Positions 13,050 to 23,978 of a DNA stretch of 64,000 nucleotides are shown piece after piece. The translations under genes were made by a program, and so were the position numbers. Every line of letters begins with the position of its first letter. Position 1 is the first letter of the stretch. The DNA is from Candidatus Oxydemutatoraceae bacterium (GTDB lineage Bacteria; Pseudomonadota; Gammaproteobacteria; Poriferisulfidales; Oxydemutatoraceae): the NCBI GenBank assembly GCA_965218975.1, contig OZ244717.1, forward strand, positions 1,888,001-1,952,000. Reading direction: 5' to 3'. The notes under the pieces are model-generated. The model saw only the letters and a list, made by a program, of their open reading frames with translations. It was not told the origin of the DNA and did not search any database.

Positions 13050-13358
13050 GTAATGAATATTCCTTATGATTCCGAGCTGGCATTCTAGCATAAATGGTTG
13101 AGGGTACGCATATTATTGTACGATGCGACAAGCAACTCTTATGATGGCCGAAACATCGAAAAAATCTTAACAGCCTACGACGGGCTCAATGCGGGACTTA
13201 TATACAAAAGCGTACCAAACTGAGAAAACTACGATCATCGGTGTATAAGGAAATGATACTTGCACTTGTTATTTAATTGCGAAGTATTTGCTTAGGGTGA
13301 TTTTTATAGGGAAAAGACATAAACGATATAATCCGAAACCAAAAATAAGAGGGTTAAT

Positions 13359-13469
13359 ATGGCAAAGTGTACAACGAAAAAACGTCAGGTGAGAAACGGT
13401 AATAAACCTGGCCGAAAGACTGTTTCTGTAAAACATCACAGGCGATCTAAACCAAATAAGTGTAAATAA
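13359..13469 (+). CDS. Putative 36-aa highly basic small protein (not in the ORF track)
   Basis: AAGAGGG SD-like sequence, ATG, MAKCTTKKRQVRNGNKPGRKTVSVKHHRRSKPNKCK then TAA; TATAAT at 13327-13332. Confidence 0.5.
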   Translation: MAKCTTKKRQVRNGNKPGRKTVSVKHHRRSKPNKCK

Positions 13470-13549
13470 TTGATGTGTTAAAGTATACACCACCTTGTTA
13501 GTACCTCATTGATCCTTGTGTTGATTTCAGTACGAATGCACTATGCACT

Positions 13550-14148
13550 CTAGTAAAAGCCAGATGAATTTTCCCCATCTCCGAGTTCGTCAACGACATT
13601 CTGGGGAAGAACGATGACTCCTAAATTACCGCCAGAAGTGGCCGTTGCGCCTTGATCAGAAAGTACTTGTTTGCGGTCCTTCATGCGATAGATACGCGAT
13701 TCGGTCTGAGAACATTTTTGATCGGGTAGTTCGGCGGTCAGATTCGTGATTGCTTCGTGTTTCGCTTTTTTCTGCATATCTGAAAATGGGAACCGGTATA
13801 TGTCAATATCCACTTGTTCCGGTGTTTCGCAGGCAAGCACTATCGGAAACATCGCCGTTGGGTTCGGTTCAACTTCTAGAGGAACAATAAGTGATGCAGG
13901 ATTATAAAAATAGACCACAACAAATACAGCTAGCGCTCCCCCCCAGCACGAAGCCAATTTGACACACTTACCGCTAAGAACCCCGGAATCATCGCCGCTA
14001 CACCAGCCGCAGCGATGGCTAAGAGAATCCGGAAAACAAGGTACTGGAACGACGTCGGATCGTCCACCACTAGTGATAACACAGCCAATACAACCAGGAA
14101 CACTGCACCGAGTATAAAAGCGGGTAGTCGTTGTATCTTTTTCAGCAT
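13550..14148 (-). pseudogene. Membrane protein (about 3 TM helices plus a soluble C-terminal domain) frameshifted at a G7 run
   Basis: Frame A MLKK...FQYLVFRILLAIAAAGVAAMIPGFL...WLRAGG continues in frame B as GGALAVFVVVYFYNPAS...; the switch is at C7 13938-13944. Confidence 0.75.
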
Positions 14149-14285
14149 ACCAAGTCTTTATAACGTCTAGCTCTATCACTGCCAACTGATGTGCCAGGGA
14201 AGCCGCACAGCGAATTTCCCGGTAAATCTGTCGGTCAGTTGATTATGCACCATGTATTTCTCTCCATTAAAATGAAATGATCCGA

Positions 14286-14378
14286 ACCGTTAAACATAAC
14301 ACGGCACACTAACGTGCCTAAAGTAGCAAAAGGTATGCCAGCACAAAAGTGTCCGCATGAGTCAGGAGGTTAAACAAA
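14286..14378 (-). repeat. Decayed partial duplicate of hflX (matches 14911-15004)
   Basis: Manual alignment: 80/94 identical, 13 substitutions, 1 deletion. Confidence 0.9.
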
Positions 14379-14550
14379 AGAGAGAAGCATACAAAGGACG
14401 GTTCATCGCAACTTCGGCACCGGCGATTGTGGAATCGTCAAACAGGCTGACGATCAACAATGCCGGAGGAACCTCCTCACTTTGAAGCGCGACAAACAGA
14501 ACTTGACGAAAAAACAAAACGCACGAAGAAACATTTTATTGAATTGCATA

Positions 14551-15642
14551 TTAGGTCAGGTTTCTCTCGCAAATCGCTTGACGCAAATAGTCAATTCCTT
14601 CCCCGGTACGCGCCGATAAGAATACGGTTTGCGGAACACCGTTCGCGTCGCGGATCAATGCGGGCTCATGCTGCGCCAAGTCGCTCTTATTCAATACTTC
14701 GAGCCATGGAATATGCGCGGCATCAAGCGTCACCAACACTTGCTCGACTTGCTTTCTTTGCGCAGCATAGTCCGGATGCGACACATCCACAACGTGGAGC
14801 AATAAACTTGCATCGCGCACTTCCAACAGCGTGGTATTGAATGCCTCAATCAAAGCCGGAGGTAAATCGCGCATAAATCCCACCGTATCGCTCAAAATAA
14901 AACGTTTTGTACCGTTAAACGTAACCCGGCGCATTAACGTATCCAAAGTGGCAAAAGGTATGTCGGCGACAAAAGTGTTCGCATGAGTCAGAAGATTAAA
15001 CAAAGTGGATTTGCCGGCATTGGTATATCCGACCAATGATACAACCGGTATTTCATTTTTTGCCCGGTGGCGACGACTGAGATCATGACAACGTCGAATC
15101 TTTGCCAAATTCTTATTGATGTGTTTAATTCGTCGGCGACACAGGCGACGATCGGTTTCTAACTGCTTTTCACCCGGGCCGCGCAAACCGATCCCGCCTT
15201 TTTGCCGTTCCAAATGGCTCCAACCACGCACTAAACGCGTTGAGAGATACGTTAACTGCGCCAACTCAACTTGCAGCTTCCCTTCATAAGAGCGTGCGCG
15301 ATGCGCAAAAATATCCAGAATCAACCCGCTGCGCCCCAACACCCGTGCTTTGCATAAACGTTCAAGATTACGTTCCTGAGCTGGTGAGAGGTTCTGATTG
15401 ACAATCAATAACCGTACGTTTTCACGTTCGATAGCTTGACGTATTTCCTCCGCTTTACCGCTGCCGATAAAATATTTGGGGTCCTGTTTTTTCCGGCTGC
15501 CCCGAATCACCGAACGGACTTTGGCGCCCGCCGCTCGCGCAAGACCGACAAACTCGGCGATTTCGTTTTCAGTGGAATGTCGCCCGATATCAAAACATAA
15601 TAAAAACGCATCATTCTGCCGAGATGCGAACATATCAGGCAT
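14551..15642 (-). CDS. hflX: Ribosome rescue GTPase HflX
   Basis: GGIGLRGPGEKQLETDRR, GYTNAGKS, FATLD, DTVGF, NKSD; start 15642 or 15633. Confidence 0.96.
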   Translation of the reverse strand: MPDMFASRQNDAFLLCFDIGRHSTENEIAEFVGLARAAGAKVRSVIRGSRKKQDPKYFIGSGKAEEIRQAIERENVRLLIVNQNLSPAQERNLERLCKARVLGRSGLILDIFAHRARSYEGKLQVELAQLTYLSTRLVRGWSHLERQKGGIGLRGPGEKQLETDRRLCRRRIKHINKNLAKIRRCHDLSRRHRAKNEIPVVSLVGYTNAGKSTLFNLLTHANTFVADIPFATLDTLMRRVTFNGTKRFILSDTVGFMRDLPPALIEAFNTTLLEVRDASLLLHVVDVSHPDYAAQRKQVEQVLVTLDAAHIPWLEVLNKSDLAQHEPALIRDANGVPQTVFLSARTGEGIDYLRQAICERNLT

Positions 15643-16573
15643 TTTGAAAACACCGAATGCCGGCAACGCCTTGCCCGCCCTGCCGACGGACATATTCCAC
15701 ATCACTTGGTTGCATTCCGCCCAAAGCAAACACCGGAATGTTTGCTTGATCAACAATCTCGGCAAAAGTATCGAATCCCAAAGAGGGCTGTTGCGGGTGA
15801 GACGAGGTGTCTTTCACTGGTCCTAACACACAGAAATCGGCGCCTTTTTCAGTCGCTTGCGTAATTTCGGCAAGATTATGGCAGGAAACGGCGAACCATC
15901 GATCTGACGCAACGGGACGTCGTAAAACGCGCTGAAATGCGGATTGGCTAAGATGCATGCCGGCAATTTTATCGCCGAATTTTTTCGCCAAGTCGCATTG
16001 ATCATGTAACATTAATTGCGCTCCAGACGCTTCCGTCATCGGCAAAATACGTTCAGCCACCGACGCGTAGTCCGTCAATTGCGGCGCGCGCAATACAATT
16101 AAGCGCGGTTTGTCGGATGAGAGGTTTAATGACTTATGTACGCTTTGCATAATCTGCGCGGAATTTTTCAGCGATGGTGTCATCGCATACAGATGCGGTA
16201 ACTTTAGCGCATTGATTATGGAACGATTTGCCGGAGGAAAATCATCCTCGCGTAATTTTTCCACCGGATACCAACGCAGAAATTGTTTCTGTCGCGCACA
16301 AACGGTTTGTACGGATGCCGTTACTTCATGCACGTCCAGCATGACTTTACGATCGGGATAATCATAGCGCAGGCAAATCACCGGCAAACCTAATAGCGCG
16401 CGGATACCTATTTCTTCGTACAGCTCACGTTGCAGGGCCTCTGCGAAAGACTCCCCCACACGCACTTTGCCGCCGGGAAATTCCCAACATCCGCCGGCAG
16501 GCCGGTGCGAACTGCGCCATGCCGTTAGAACGCGTTTGCGATGGCAAAGCACCCCTATCGCAATATGTATCAT
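15635..16573 (-). CDS. mutT: Nudix (MutT-like) hydrolase fused to a thiamine-phosphate-synthase-like domain
   Basis: WEFPGGKV...ALQRELYEEIG Nudix box; SCHN, GPVKDTSSHP, PVFALGG ThiE-like half; secA-argJ-mutT order. Confidence 0.88.
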   Translation of the reverse strand: MIHIAIGVLCHRKRVLTAWRSSHRPAGGCWEFPGGKVRVGESFAEALQRELYEEIGIRALLGLPVICLRYDYPDRKVMLDVHEVTASVQTVCARQKQFLRWYPVEKLREDDFPPANRSIINALKLPHLYAMTPSLKNSAQIMQSVHKSLNLSSDKPRLIVLRAPQLTDYASVAERILPMTEASGAQLMLHDQCDLAKKFGDKIAGMHLSQSAFQRVLRRPVASDRWFAVSCHNLAEITQATEKGADFCVLGPVKDTSSHPQQPSLGFDTFAEIVDQANIPVFALGGMQPSDVEYVRRQGGQGVAGIRCFQNA

Positions 16574-17787
16574 GAACGATAGTCGGCGTTAATTCGGACG
16601 TATTCGGCGGTTAAATCGGAGGTCAGAATCGTCGCCGAAGCATTACCCGCTCCCAATATCGCGCGAATTTTCACATCATTACCGGACAAAGCGCGAACAC
16701 CGTCTTCCTCACGGTATAGAGAATGTACCGCGCCATTCTCGACAACACATACATTGCCAAGATACAGACACATTTTATCCGGTATAACCATTGCAGCCGC
16801 ACGACCGATCGCGGCTAATACTCTCCCCCAATTCGGGTCGCCAGCCGCGATTGCAGTTTTGACCAACGGCGAAAGAGCGATCGTGCGGGCAACTTCTCGC
16901 GCATCATGTTCGTTTGCCGCCTGTTCGACACGCACCCGGATAAAATGTGCCGCACCTTCGGCGTCACGAATAATTGCTTCGGCCAGATGCTCAAATACCG
17001 CATGCAGCGCTTGTAGAAACACATTTTTACCTGCATCGCTTAAGTCATGAAATGCTGTTCTCGAAGCAGCGGAAGCGGTTAGCACCGCCGCATCATTCGT
17101 AGAAGTATCGCCATCGACAGTGATTGTATTGAATGATCCGGCACAAGCTTCGGCGAGTAAACGTTGTGTCGTCGCATGATCAAGTATCATATCGGTTGCG
17201 ACAAAAGCCAGCAAAGTTGCCATGTCCGGACAAATCATGCCGGCACCTTTGGCAATTCCGGTAATATTGATCGCATGATTGCCGCAATGCACTTGGCGGC
17301 TGCTCCACTTCGGTACGGTATCGGTCGTCATAATCGCATGGGCGGCGGATAACCATGCATCCGAATCAAGCGTCGCCAACAAAGATGGTAAAGCGTCGAT
17401 AATCTTTTGTAGCGGTAATCTTTCCCCGATCACACCGGTTGAAAAGGGCAGCACCGCTTCCGCAGACACTCCTGCCAATTGCGCCAATCTCCGACAATAC
17501 GCTTCGACAGATTCAATTCCTTCGCGCCCAAGGCCGGCATTCGCATAACCGCTATTGATAATCATGTACCGCGGTGAGACACTTGCCAGATGCTTAGCAG
17601 CAACCTCCACCGGCGCAGCGCAAAATTTATTGCGTGTGAAAACAGCAGCCGTTGCCGCTGACGGCGCCAATTCCATCAATACCAAATCTTCACGCCCGGA
17701 ATAACGCATATTGGCCGCAACCGCTGCCAAACGGATACCGGGAACCGACAAAGGTTTATCAAAAGCTTGCTCAATTGCTTGTATCAT
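16570..17787 (-). CDS. argJ: Bifunctional ornithine acetyltransferase/N-acetylglutamate synthase
   Basis: [54 protein letters not shown]; start taken as ATG 17787. Confidence 0.96.
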   Translation of the reverse strand: MIQAIEQAFDKPLSVPGIRLAAVAANMRYSGREDLVLMELAPSAATAAVFTRNKFCAAPVEVAAKHLASVSPRYMIINSGYANAGLGREGIESVEAYCRRLAQLAGVSAEAVLPFSTGVIGERLPLQKIIDALPSLLATLDSDAWLSAAHAIMTTDTVPKWSSRQVHCGNHAINITGIAKGAGMICPDMATLLAFVATDMILDHATTQRLLAEACAGSFNTITVDGDTSTNDAAVLTASAASRTAFHDLSDAGKNVFLQALHAVFEHLAEAIIRDAEGAAHFIRVRVEQAANEHDAREVARTIALSPLVKTAIAAGDPNWGRVLAAIGRAAAMVIPDKMCLYLGNVCVVENGAVHSLYREEDGVRALSGNDVKIRAILGAGNASATILTSDLTAEYVRINADYRS

Positions 17788-20527
17788 GACGCAGGTCTTT
17801 GCCGTGACATTTCTTATACTTTTTACCGGAACCGCAAAAGCAAGGCTCATTGCGACCAACCTTAGGGTGCCGGCGCTTGATCGTATGCACTTTCTCAATC
17901 GGAGCCTCAGTTTGCGCTTGATCGGACATTGCCATACCGGAACCGATCCGGCGAACAGGCGTTTTTCTCCGCATTTGACCATCGCCGACACGCAGCGTGC
18001 CGAGATGCAATGCATCTTCGGCAGCCGAATGCCGATAGGTCACTTTCTCCATTGACGATACGTTTTTCTGTGCGGGAGGCTCTTCGGCTATGCGAATACG
18101 CAGTAAGTACGCGATGAAAAAATAACGGATGCGTTCAAGCAATGTCTCAAACATCTCAAAAGACTCGCGCTTATATTCCTGCCGCGGGTTTTTTTGCGCA
18201 AAACCGCGCAAACCGATTCCTTGGCGTAAATGATCCATCGCCAATAAATGTTCCTTCCAGTGGTAGTCAAGTGTCTGCAACATCAATATTTTCTCAATGA
18301 CGCGTATTTGACTTTCACCAAATTTTTTGCTTGCTTCGACGTGCATTCCCCATGCTTGACGAGTAATGCGCTCGGCAACACCATCCGCACTCAAAGAATC
18401 GTCATGCTCAATCCATTGACCGACCGAACAATCCATCGCAAAGTTATTTTTTAAATCCTGCTCTAATCCGGCGCTATCCCATTCCATTCCTTCAACCGGA
18501 ATATATCGCTTAACCATCGAACTGAAGACTTCCGGCAAAATGTGTTGCACATTATCATCGACTGATTCCGAATCAAGCAGTTCATCGCGCTGCCCATAAA
18601 TCACTTTTCGTTGCTCGTTCGCAACATCATCGTATTCAAGTAAGTTTTTGCGGATGTCGAAATTATGCGCTTCGACTTTTCGTTGGGCGTTTTCAATGGC
18701 GCGACTGACCCACGGATGCTCAATTGACTCGCCGTATTCAACACCTAATTTCTCCATCAGCCCGCGCACTTTGTCACCGGCAAAAATTCTCAGCAAATTA
18801 TCTTCCAAAGAAAGATAGAAGCGGCTTGAACCCGGATCGCCTTGCCGTCCGGAGCGACCGCGCAATTGATTGTCAATACGTCGCGATTCATGCCTTTCGG
18901 TGCCTATAATATGCAACCCGCCGGCAGAAACTACTTGCTGATGACGCTGCTTCTGAAGCTCAACTTGAGCAATGTCATCAATCTCCTTGAGTGCGCCGCC
19001 AAGCACAATATCAGTCCCGCGTCCTGCCATATTCGTTGCGATTGTGACCGTTCCGGGTTGCCCCGCATTAGCAATGATATGCGACTCGGCCTCATGCTGC
19101 TTGGCATTCAAAACTTGATGCGTAATCCTCTCCTTGTTTAACAGCGACGACAAAAATTCGGAAGTTTCAATGGAAGCAGTACCAACTAGTACCGGTTGTC
19201 CGCGCGCGACACAATCTTTAATATCCTCAATTATTGCCTCAAACTTTTCTGCGGCGGTCATATAAACCAAGTCGCCCATATCATTCCGAATCATCTTTCG
19301 ATGAGTCGGAATGATAATCACTTCCAAACCGTAAATTTCTTGAAATTCGTACGCTTCGGTATCGGCAGTTCCGGTCATCCCGGACAACCTTTCATACAGG
19401 CGAAAATAATTCTGGAAAGTGATGGATGCCAGTGTTTGGTTTTCACTTTTAATCGGAACATTCTCTTTTGCTTCGACAGCTTGGTGCAAACCTTCACCCC
19501 AGCGCCGTCCGGACATGACTCGTCCGGTAAATTCATCGACAATCAACACCTCGTTGTTTTTTACTAGATAATCGACATTCTTCTTAAATAAAGCTTGGGC
19601 ACGCAATGCCGCATTGACATGGTGCAGCAAGTCAATATTCGTCAGGTCATACAAGCTGCCGCTGCCCTTCAACAATCCTGCCTGCGCAAGAATATTTTCA
19701 ATTTTCTGGTGTCCCGCTTCGGTCAAAAATACTTGTTTGGATTTTTCATCAAGCGCATAATCGCCGTCATCGCCTTCACGAATTTCCGGCTTTAGTTGCT
19801 TTACGATTTGATTGATGCGAACGTACATCTCGGAGGCATCGTCGGAGGGACCGGAAATAATTAACGGAGTCCTCGCTTCGTCAATCAGAATCGAATCGAC
19901 TTCGTCAACAATAGCGAAATGTCTGCCACGTTGAACGCGATGCTCGGCAGTCAGCACCATGTTGTCACGTAAATAGTCGAAACCAAACTCATTATTGGTT
20001 CCGTACACAATATCCGCTCCATAAGCTTGCTTTCGCTCTTCTCCGGTTTGTCCGGAAACGATGACACCGACAGTGAGTCCGAGAAATTCGTAAATTTTCC
20101 CCATCCATTCGGCATCACGTTTTGCCAGATAGTCGTTGACGGTGACAATGTGTACCGAAAATCCGCCAAGAACGTTCAAATAAGCGGGAAGTGTCGCAAC
20201 CAGCGTCTTTCCTTCACCAGTACGCATCTCGGCAATTTTCCCGTCATTCAACACCATGCCGCCGATCAACTGCACATCAAAATGCCGCATGTTTAAGCGG
20301 CGATCAGCTGCTTCTTTTATGGTGGCAAACGCTTCGGGCAGCAATGCTTCCAAAACTTCGCCATCGCGCACTCGGTCGATAAATTCCTGAGTTTTAGCGC
20401 ACAAAGCGGCATCGTCCAAAGCGCGATAATCATCGGTAAGCGCATTAATACGAACGACAACGCTTTGATATTTTCTGATTTGCCGTTCATTGCGGCTTTT
20501 AAATAATGATTGCAGAAATTTAACCAT
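17771..20527 (-). CDS. secA: Preprotein translocase ATPase SecA
   Basis: [41 protein letters not shown]-terminal [13 protein letters not shown]. Confidence 0.99.
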   Translation of the reverse strand: MVKFLQSLFKSRNERQIRKYQSVVVRINALTDDYRALDDAALCAKTQEFIDRVRDGEVLEALLPEAFATIKEAADRRLNMRHFDVQLIGGMVLNDGKIAEMRTGEGKTLVATLPAYLNVLGGFSVHIVTVNDYLAKRDAEWMGKIYEFLGLTVGVIVSGQTGEERKQAYGADIVYGTNNEFGFDYLRDNMVLTAEHRVQRGRHFAIVDEVDSILIDEARTPLIISGPSDDASEMYVRINQIVKQLKPEIREGDDGDYALDEKSKQVFLTEAGHQKIENILAQAGLLKGSGSLYDLTNIDLLHHVNAALRAQALFKKNVDYLVKNNEVLIVDEFTGRVMSGRRWGEGLHQAVEAKENVPIKSENQTLASITFQNYFRLYERLSGMTGTADTEAYEFQEIYGLEVIIIPTHRKMIRNDMGDLVYMTAAEKFEAIIEDIKDCVARGQPVLVGTASIETSEFLSSLLNKERITHQVLNAKQHEAESHIIANAGQPGTVTIATNMAGRGTDIVLGGALKEIDDIAQVELQKQRHQQVVSAGGLHIIGTERHESRRIDNQLRGRSGRQGDPGSSRFYLSLEDNLLRIFAGDKVRGLMEKLGVEYGESIEHPWVSRAIENAQRKVEAHNFDIRKNLLEYDDVANEQRKVIYGQRDELLDSESVDDNVQHILPEVFSSMVKRYIPVEGMEWDSAGLEQDLKNNFAMDCSVGQWIEHDDSLSADGVAERITRQAWGMHVEASKKFGESQIRVIEKILMLQTLDYHWKEHLLAMDHLRQGIGLRGFAQKNPRQEYKRESFEMFETLLERIRYFFIAYLLRIRIAEEPPAQKNVSSMEKVTYRHSAAEDALHLGTLRVGDGQMRRKTPVRRIGSGMAMSDQAQTEAPIEKVHTIKRRHPKVGRNEPCFCGSGKKYKKCHGKDLRHDTSN

Positions 20528-20597
20528 GCAGATAGCCTTCCGCACGCATTGTAACTGAAATCAAACAACAAGCAGGCGAAGCGATGATAATTCAATG

Positions 20598-21554
20598 TCA
20601 ACGCAAATATTTTGCGGGATCAATTTTGCGCCCATGCTTGATCACTTCAAAGTGTAGATGAGGTCCGGTCGAACGCCCGCTACCACCCATCAGGGCAATA
20701 ATATCCCTCTGTTTGACCACCTCCCCTTCGTTGACTAAATTAACTTGATTGTGTCCGTAGCGGGTGACGTAACCGTTGCCATGATCAATCTCAACTATAT
20801 TCCCATAGTTTCCATAATGGCCGGAACGTTTAACAACTCCGCTGCCAATCGAATAAATCTTGTTTTCATATTGCCCGGCGATATCAATTCCCGCGTGAAA
20901 CTCGCGCCGCCCCGAAAACGGACTGATACGATAACCGTACTTGGATGAAATCCAACCTTTACTTACCGGCCAGCCCTTTGGCAACATCTCGCGTTTGAGC
21001 GTATTACGATCAATCAAATCAAGCAAAATCGCCAGCTGCAATTCCGTCTCTTCCAGCCTTGAATTCAAGCGGTCAAACGATTGTGCCAGTTGCGGGGAGT
21101 TAATTCTTCCGGTATCCGATATTTTGCCGCCGACCCCCGGGTTATATTGAAAATCAAATTCTTCGGGACTCAAATCATGTACGGCAACCAACCGTTTGCC
21201 GATCACTTCCATGCGTATTAAGCGTGCTTCAAGATAGCCGCTTTTACTTGCCAGCAAACGAATCTCGGCCTGCCCCATCTTGCTGATACGGTGATAATGA
21301 TCGGCAATCTCATTACGCCATTTTGCTAGAGCACTACTTTGTGTAACCGACATACCGAGTAAGTAGCCAACCAACAACATGACTGCCATTATTGAAGCAA
21401 AACCCGCGCTAGCAAAAACTTTAACATTGAATGGCGCTCGTCGGAACCGATTCCGGTAACGGAGACTCTCGGCAATTAGCGGCGCTATTACCGGCATAGC
21501 CTTAACTGCCAATTTTTGCCCTAAACCCATTATGGGTGTTGTCATTTCAGTCAT
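20598..21554 (-). CDS. M23 family peptidase
   Basis: HAGIDIA, YGH, STGPHLHFE; N-terminal TM and coiled coil; usual position upstream of secA. Confidence 0.92.
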   Translation of the reverse strand: MTEMTTPIMGLGQKLAVKAMPVIAPLIAESLRYRNRFRRAPFNVKVFASAGFASIMAVMLLVGYLLGMSVTQSSALAKWRNEIADHYHRISKMGQAEIRLLASKSGYLEARLIRMEVIGKRLVAVHDLSPEEFDFQYNPGVGGKISDTGRINSPQLAQSFDRLNSRLEETELQLAILLDLIDRNTLKREMLPKGWPVSKGWISSKYGYRISPFSGRREFHAGIDIAGQYENKIYSIGSGVVKRSGHYGNYGNIVEIDHGNGYVTRYGHNQVNLVNEGEVVKQRDIIALMGGSGRSTGPHLHFEVIKHGRKIDPAKYLR

Positions 21555-21628
21555 CCCCTTTCATAATAGAGACACTTAAGCAACGGTACGCTTTTGCCGC
21601 CATTTAATAAAACAATCATGCCTGAACG

Positions 21629-21931
21629 ATGCCTTTCAAGAATGTTAACAGCCTAATTGATGATAAGCTTCGTATGCGCTCCGACCTCTTGTCACGTATG
21701 ACCAGCAGCGCTCGTCGCAGCTTGCCGCAGAATCTTGCGGCACACTGCTGGGTTGCCGATTTTCGTAATGGTACCGTATTTTTGGTGACCGACCAAGCAG
21801 GTCTGAGCAACCCCATTCATTATCAACAGATAGAAATCATCAAACGCTTGAACGAGGAATTTCGCGGCGAAATCGACATTTGCTTAAAAAAAGCCGAGAT
21901 TAGAACTTCGCGCTTCCCAATAGAAATATAA
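21629..21931 (+). CDS. DciA/DUF721-family protein
   Basis: 100 aa with LPQNLAAHCWVADFRNGTVFL; opposite strand between lpxC and the M23 gene, the canonical DUF721 position. Confidence 0.75.
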   Translation: MPFKNVNSLIDDKLRMRSDLLSRMTSSARRSLPQNLAAHCWVADFRNGTVFLVTDQAGLSNPIHYQQIEIIKRLNEEFRGEIDICLKKAEIRTSRFPIEI

Positions 21932-21942
21932 TTGCAACCGCG

Positions 21943-22857
21943 CTATTCAATGACAGGAGTCAGGTTGATTATAGGAATATCCTCTTCGTTCTCAAAAGAG
22001 ATGACTTCCCATGCCGCGGAATCGCCGAGCAATTTTTTCAGCAGCAAATTATTTAAGTAGTGGCCGGATTTACTCGCGGAAAACGCACCGATGAGATTAT
22101 GCCCGAGTAAATACAAATCTCCGACTGCGTCCAGTACCTTATGCTTCACGAATTCGTCCCTGGACCTCAGATTATTATCCTCGTTCAAGATTCGGTGTTC
22201 GCCCACAACGATTGCGTTACTGTAATTGCCGCCTTTTACCAAATTTTTCTTACGCAAAGCATCATATTCGCTCATAAAGCCGAAAGTTCTTGATCGGCTG
22301 ACCTCTTTCACAAAAGAGACGGCTGAAAAATCTAACTCAACCTTGTTCGGACAAGCTCTGAATACCGGATGAAAGTTAAAGTCAATCTTAAAGCTGACCT
22401 TAAACCCATTAAAGGGGGCGAGCCGCGCCCATTTGTCGTCATTGAAAACGCTGACAGATTTTTTAATGCGAATAAATTTTTTTGCGGCATTCTGTTCTTC
22501 AATCCCCGCGGATTCAAGTAAGAAGATGAAAGGGCCGGCGCTGCCATCCATAATCGGGACTTCTTCAGAATCGACATCCACATAAAGGTTATCAATCCTG
22601 AGTCCGGCAATCGCAGACAAGAGATGCTCAACGGTGGATATCTTTAAATTTCCGCAACCTAAAGTAGTGGATAACACCGTATCAACAACATAATCCGATT
22701 TTGCCGGAATATCGACAGGCTCATCCACATCTACCCGACGAAATATAACACCGGTATCGGGAGCGGCAGGACGTAAAGTTAAATTAACCTTTTCCCCCAA
22801 ATGCAAACCTACACCTACTGCACCGATAGAATTTTTAATTGTCTTCTGCTTGTACAA
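21943..22857 (-). CDS. lpxC: UDP-3-O-acyl-GlcNAc deacetylase
   Basis: [39 protein letters not shown]; TTG start. Confidence 0.98.
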   Translation of the reverse strand: MYKQKTIKNSIGAVGVGLHLGEKVNLTLRPAAPDTGVIFRRVDVDEPVDIPAKSDYVVDTVLSTTLGCGNLKISTVEHLLSAIAGLRIDNLYVDVDSEEVPIMDGSAGPFIFLLESAGIEEQNAAKKFIRIKKSVSVFNDDKWARLAPFNGFKVSFKIDFNFHPVFRACPNKVELDFSAVSFVKEVSRSRTFGFMSEYDALRKKNLVKGGNYSNAIVVGEHRILNEDNNLRSRDEFVKHKVLDAVGDLYLLGHNLIGAFSASKSGHYLNNLLLKKLLGDSAAWEVISFENEEDIPIINLTPVIE

Positions 22858-23239
22858 CGCTGGAATCTTTTATTTAAATGTCGGCTTTATTTATTCCTTT
22901 CAGACATCAACCGTCCTTGAGATAGCGGAAATATAACACAATAACACTCAGCAATGCGATAAAGATATACCGATAGACATTTCCGATACCCGATGCGGGC
23001 AAATAGAAGGAAAGAAGAAACGAGTTTCAACGAGTCGAGGCGGAGGATTCGGATGATGAGTGAATACTCCCTACCATATTCGTTCAAAAATTCTAAAATC
23101 AATGGCTTAGGGGAAATAGGGATAAATTGCTTAAAGTGCCGAAATATAAGTGAGAGGCTTATTTTGACTGAAGTCTAAAGGAAATGATGTCTGCGTTTAT
23201 ACTCGAGTTTACGGTAGGACTGAGGCGTGCAATTCGTTG

Positions 23240-23347
23240 TTGCAGTCTCATATTCCCCGACACAACAGCATTGCCCGGCAACTTCCCTATGTCCAGGATG
23301 AATTGGCATCGTACAACCCGGAGTGCCAAATGTTATGGACCTATACA
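23240..23347 (+). mobile_element. Remnant of an IS481-like transposase C-terminus and right end
   Basis: PRHNSIARQLP...NPECQMLWTYT ending in ACA, paralleling the WTCT and WHRT ends at 40952 and 40457. Confidence 0.5.
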
Positions 23348-23414
23348 CAACATTGCGTATTCACACTGGAGAAAATATACTATCCAGCTATGTTTTATTT
23401 TAAGGAACTATACG

Positions 23415-23687
23415 ATGCCAAAATATATTATTGAAAGAACAATCCCGGACGCCGGTCAGCTATCCGCCGACGAACTACAAGGTATCTCAAAAAAATCCTG
23501 TAGTATTCTAAAGAATATGGGCCCTCAAATTCAGTGGATGGAAAGCTATGTTACCGATAACAAAGTCTATTGCGTATACATTGCACCTAATGCCGATATG
23601 ATCAGGCAACATGCTCAAGAAGGCGGTTTCCCTGCTGACCAAGTATCTGAAGTTAGGACTGTGATTGACCCAACCACCGCTGAGTGA
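23415..23687 (+). CDS. DUF4242-family protein
   Basis: AAGGA SD; MPKYIIERTIP...IQWMESYVTDNKVYCVYIAP...HAQEGGFPADQVSEV. Confidence 0.85.
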   Translation: MPKYIIERTIPDAGQLSADELQGISKKSCSILKNMGPQIQWMESYVTDNKVYCVYIAPNADMIRQHAQEGGFPADQVSEVRTVIDPTTAE

Positions 23688-23978
23688 CTAAAAAATACAG
23701 CCGTTGAAGGTAACGGTTACCGGAAATTCGGCGAGATCACGCATCACTTGAATCGTTCCGCAGCTTTCAAGCATTGCCGTAATCTCGTCGGCATCCATTG
23801 ATTCGACTGCTTCATCCATGATACGTAAATCGAACTTTCCTTCGGATGATCGGATTGAAAACTTTAACCCGCTGCCGTTATGATTGATCAAACGTTCGGT
23901 AGTTTCAATCTGCGCAGCGTAAAGATATTTCCGCAAATAGTTTGATACCGCTTCTTTAGTTACCCGATCGTCGCTCAT
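23688..23978 (-). CDS. Hypothetical protein (96 aa), last gene of the mto cluster
   Basis: ATGA overlap with the upstream redoxin gene; no recognised motif. Confidence 0.7.
   Translation of the reverse strand: MSDDRVTKEAVSNYLRKYLYAAQIETTERLINHNGSGLKFSIRSSEGKFDLRIMDEAVESMDADEITAMLESCGTIQVMRDLAEFPVTVTFNGCIF

Noticed and set aside
13269-13493. 74-aa hydrophobic ORF on the minus strand
   Set aside because: No clear RBS or motif; it is antisense to the 36-aa ORF, which has better expression signals.
14286-15004. Diversity-generating retroelement TR/VR pair suggested by the diverged hflX repeat
   Set aside because: Substitutions are not adenine-specific on either strand, there is an indel, and no reverse transcriptase is in the window.
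15635-16573. MutT-ThiE fusion as a novelty
   Set aside because: This fusion after secA-argJ is already known in many Gamma- and Betaproteobacteria.
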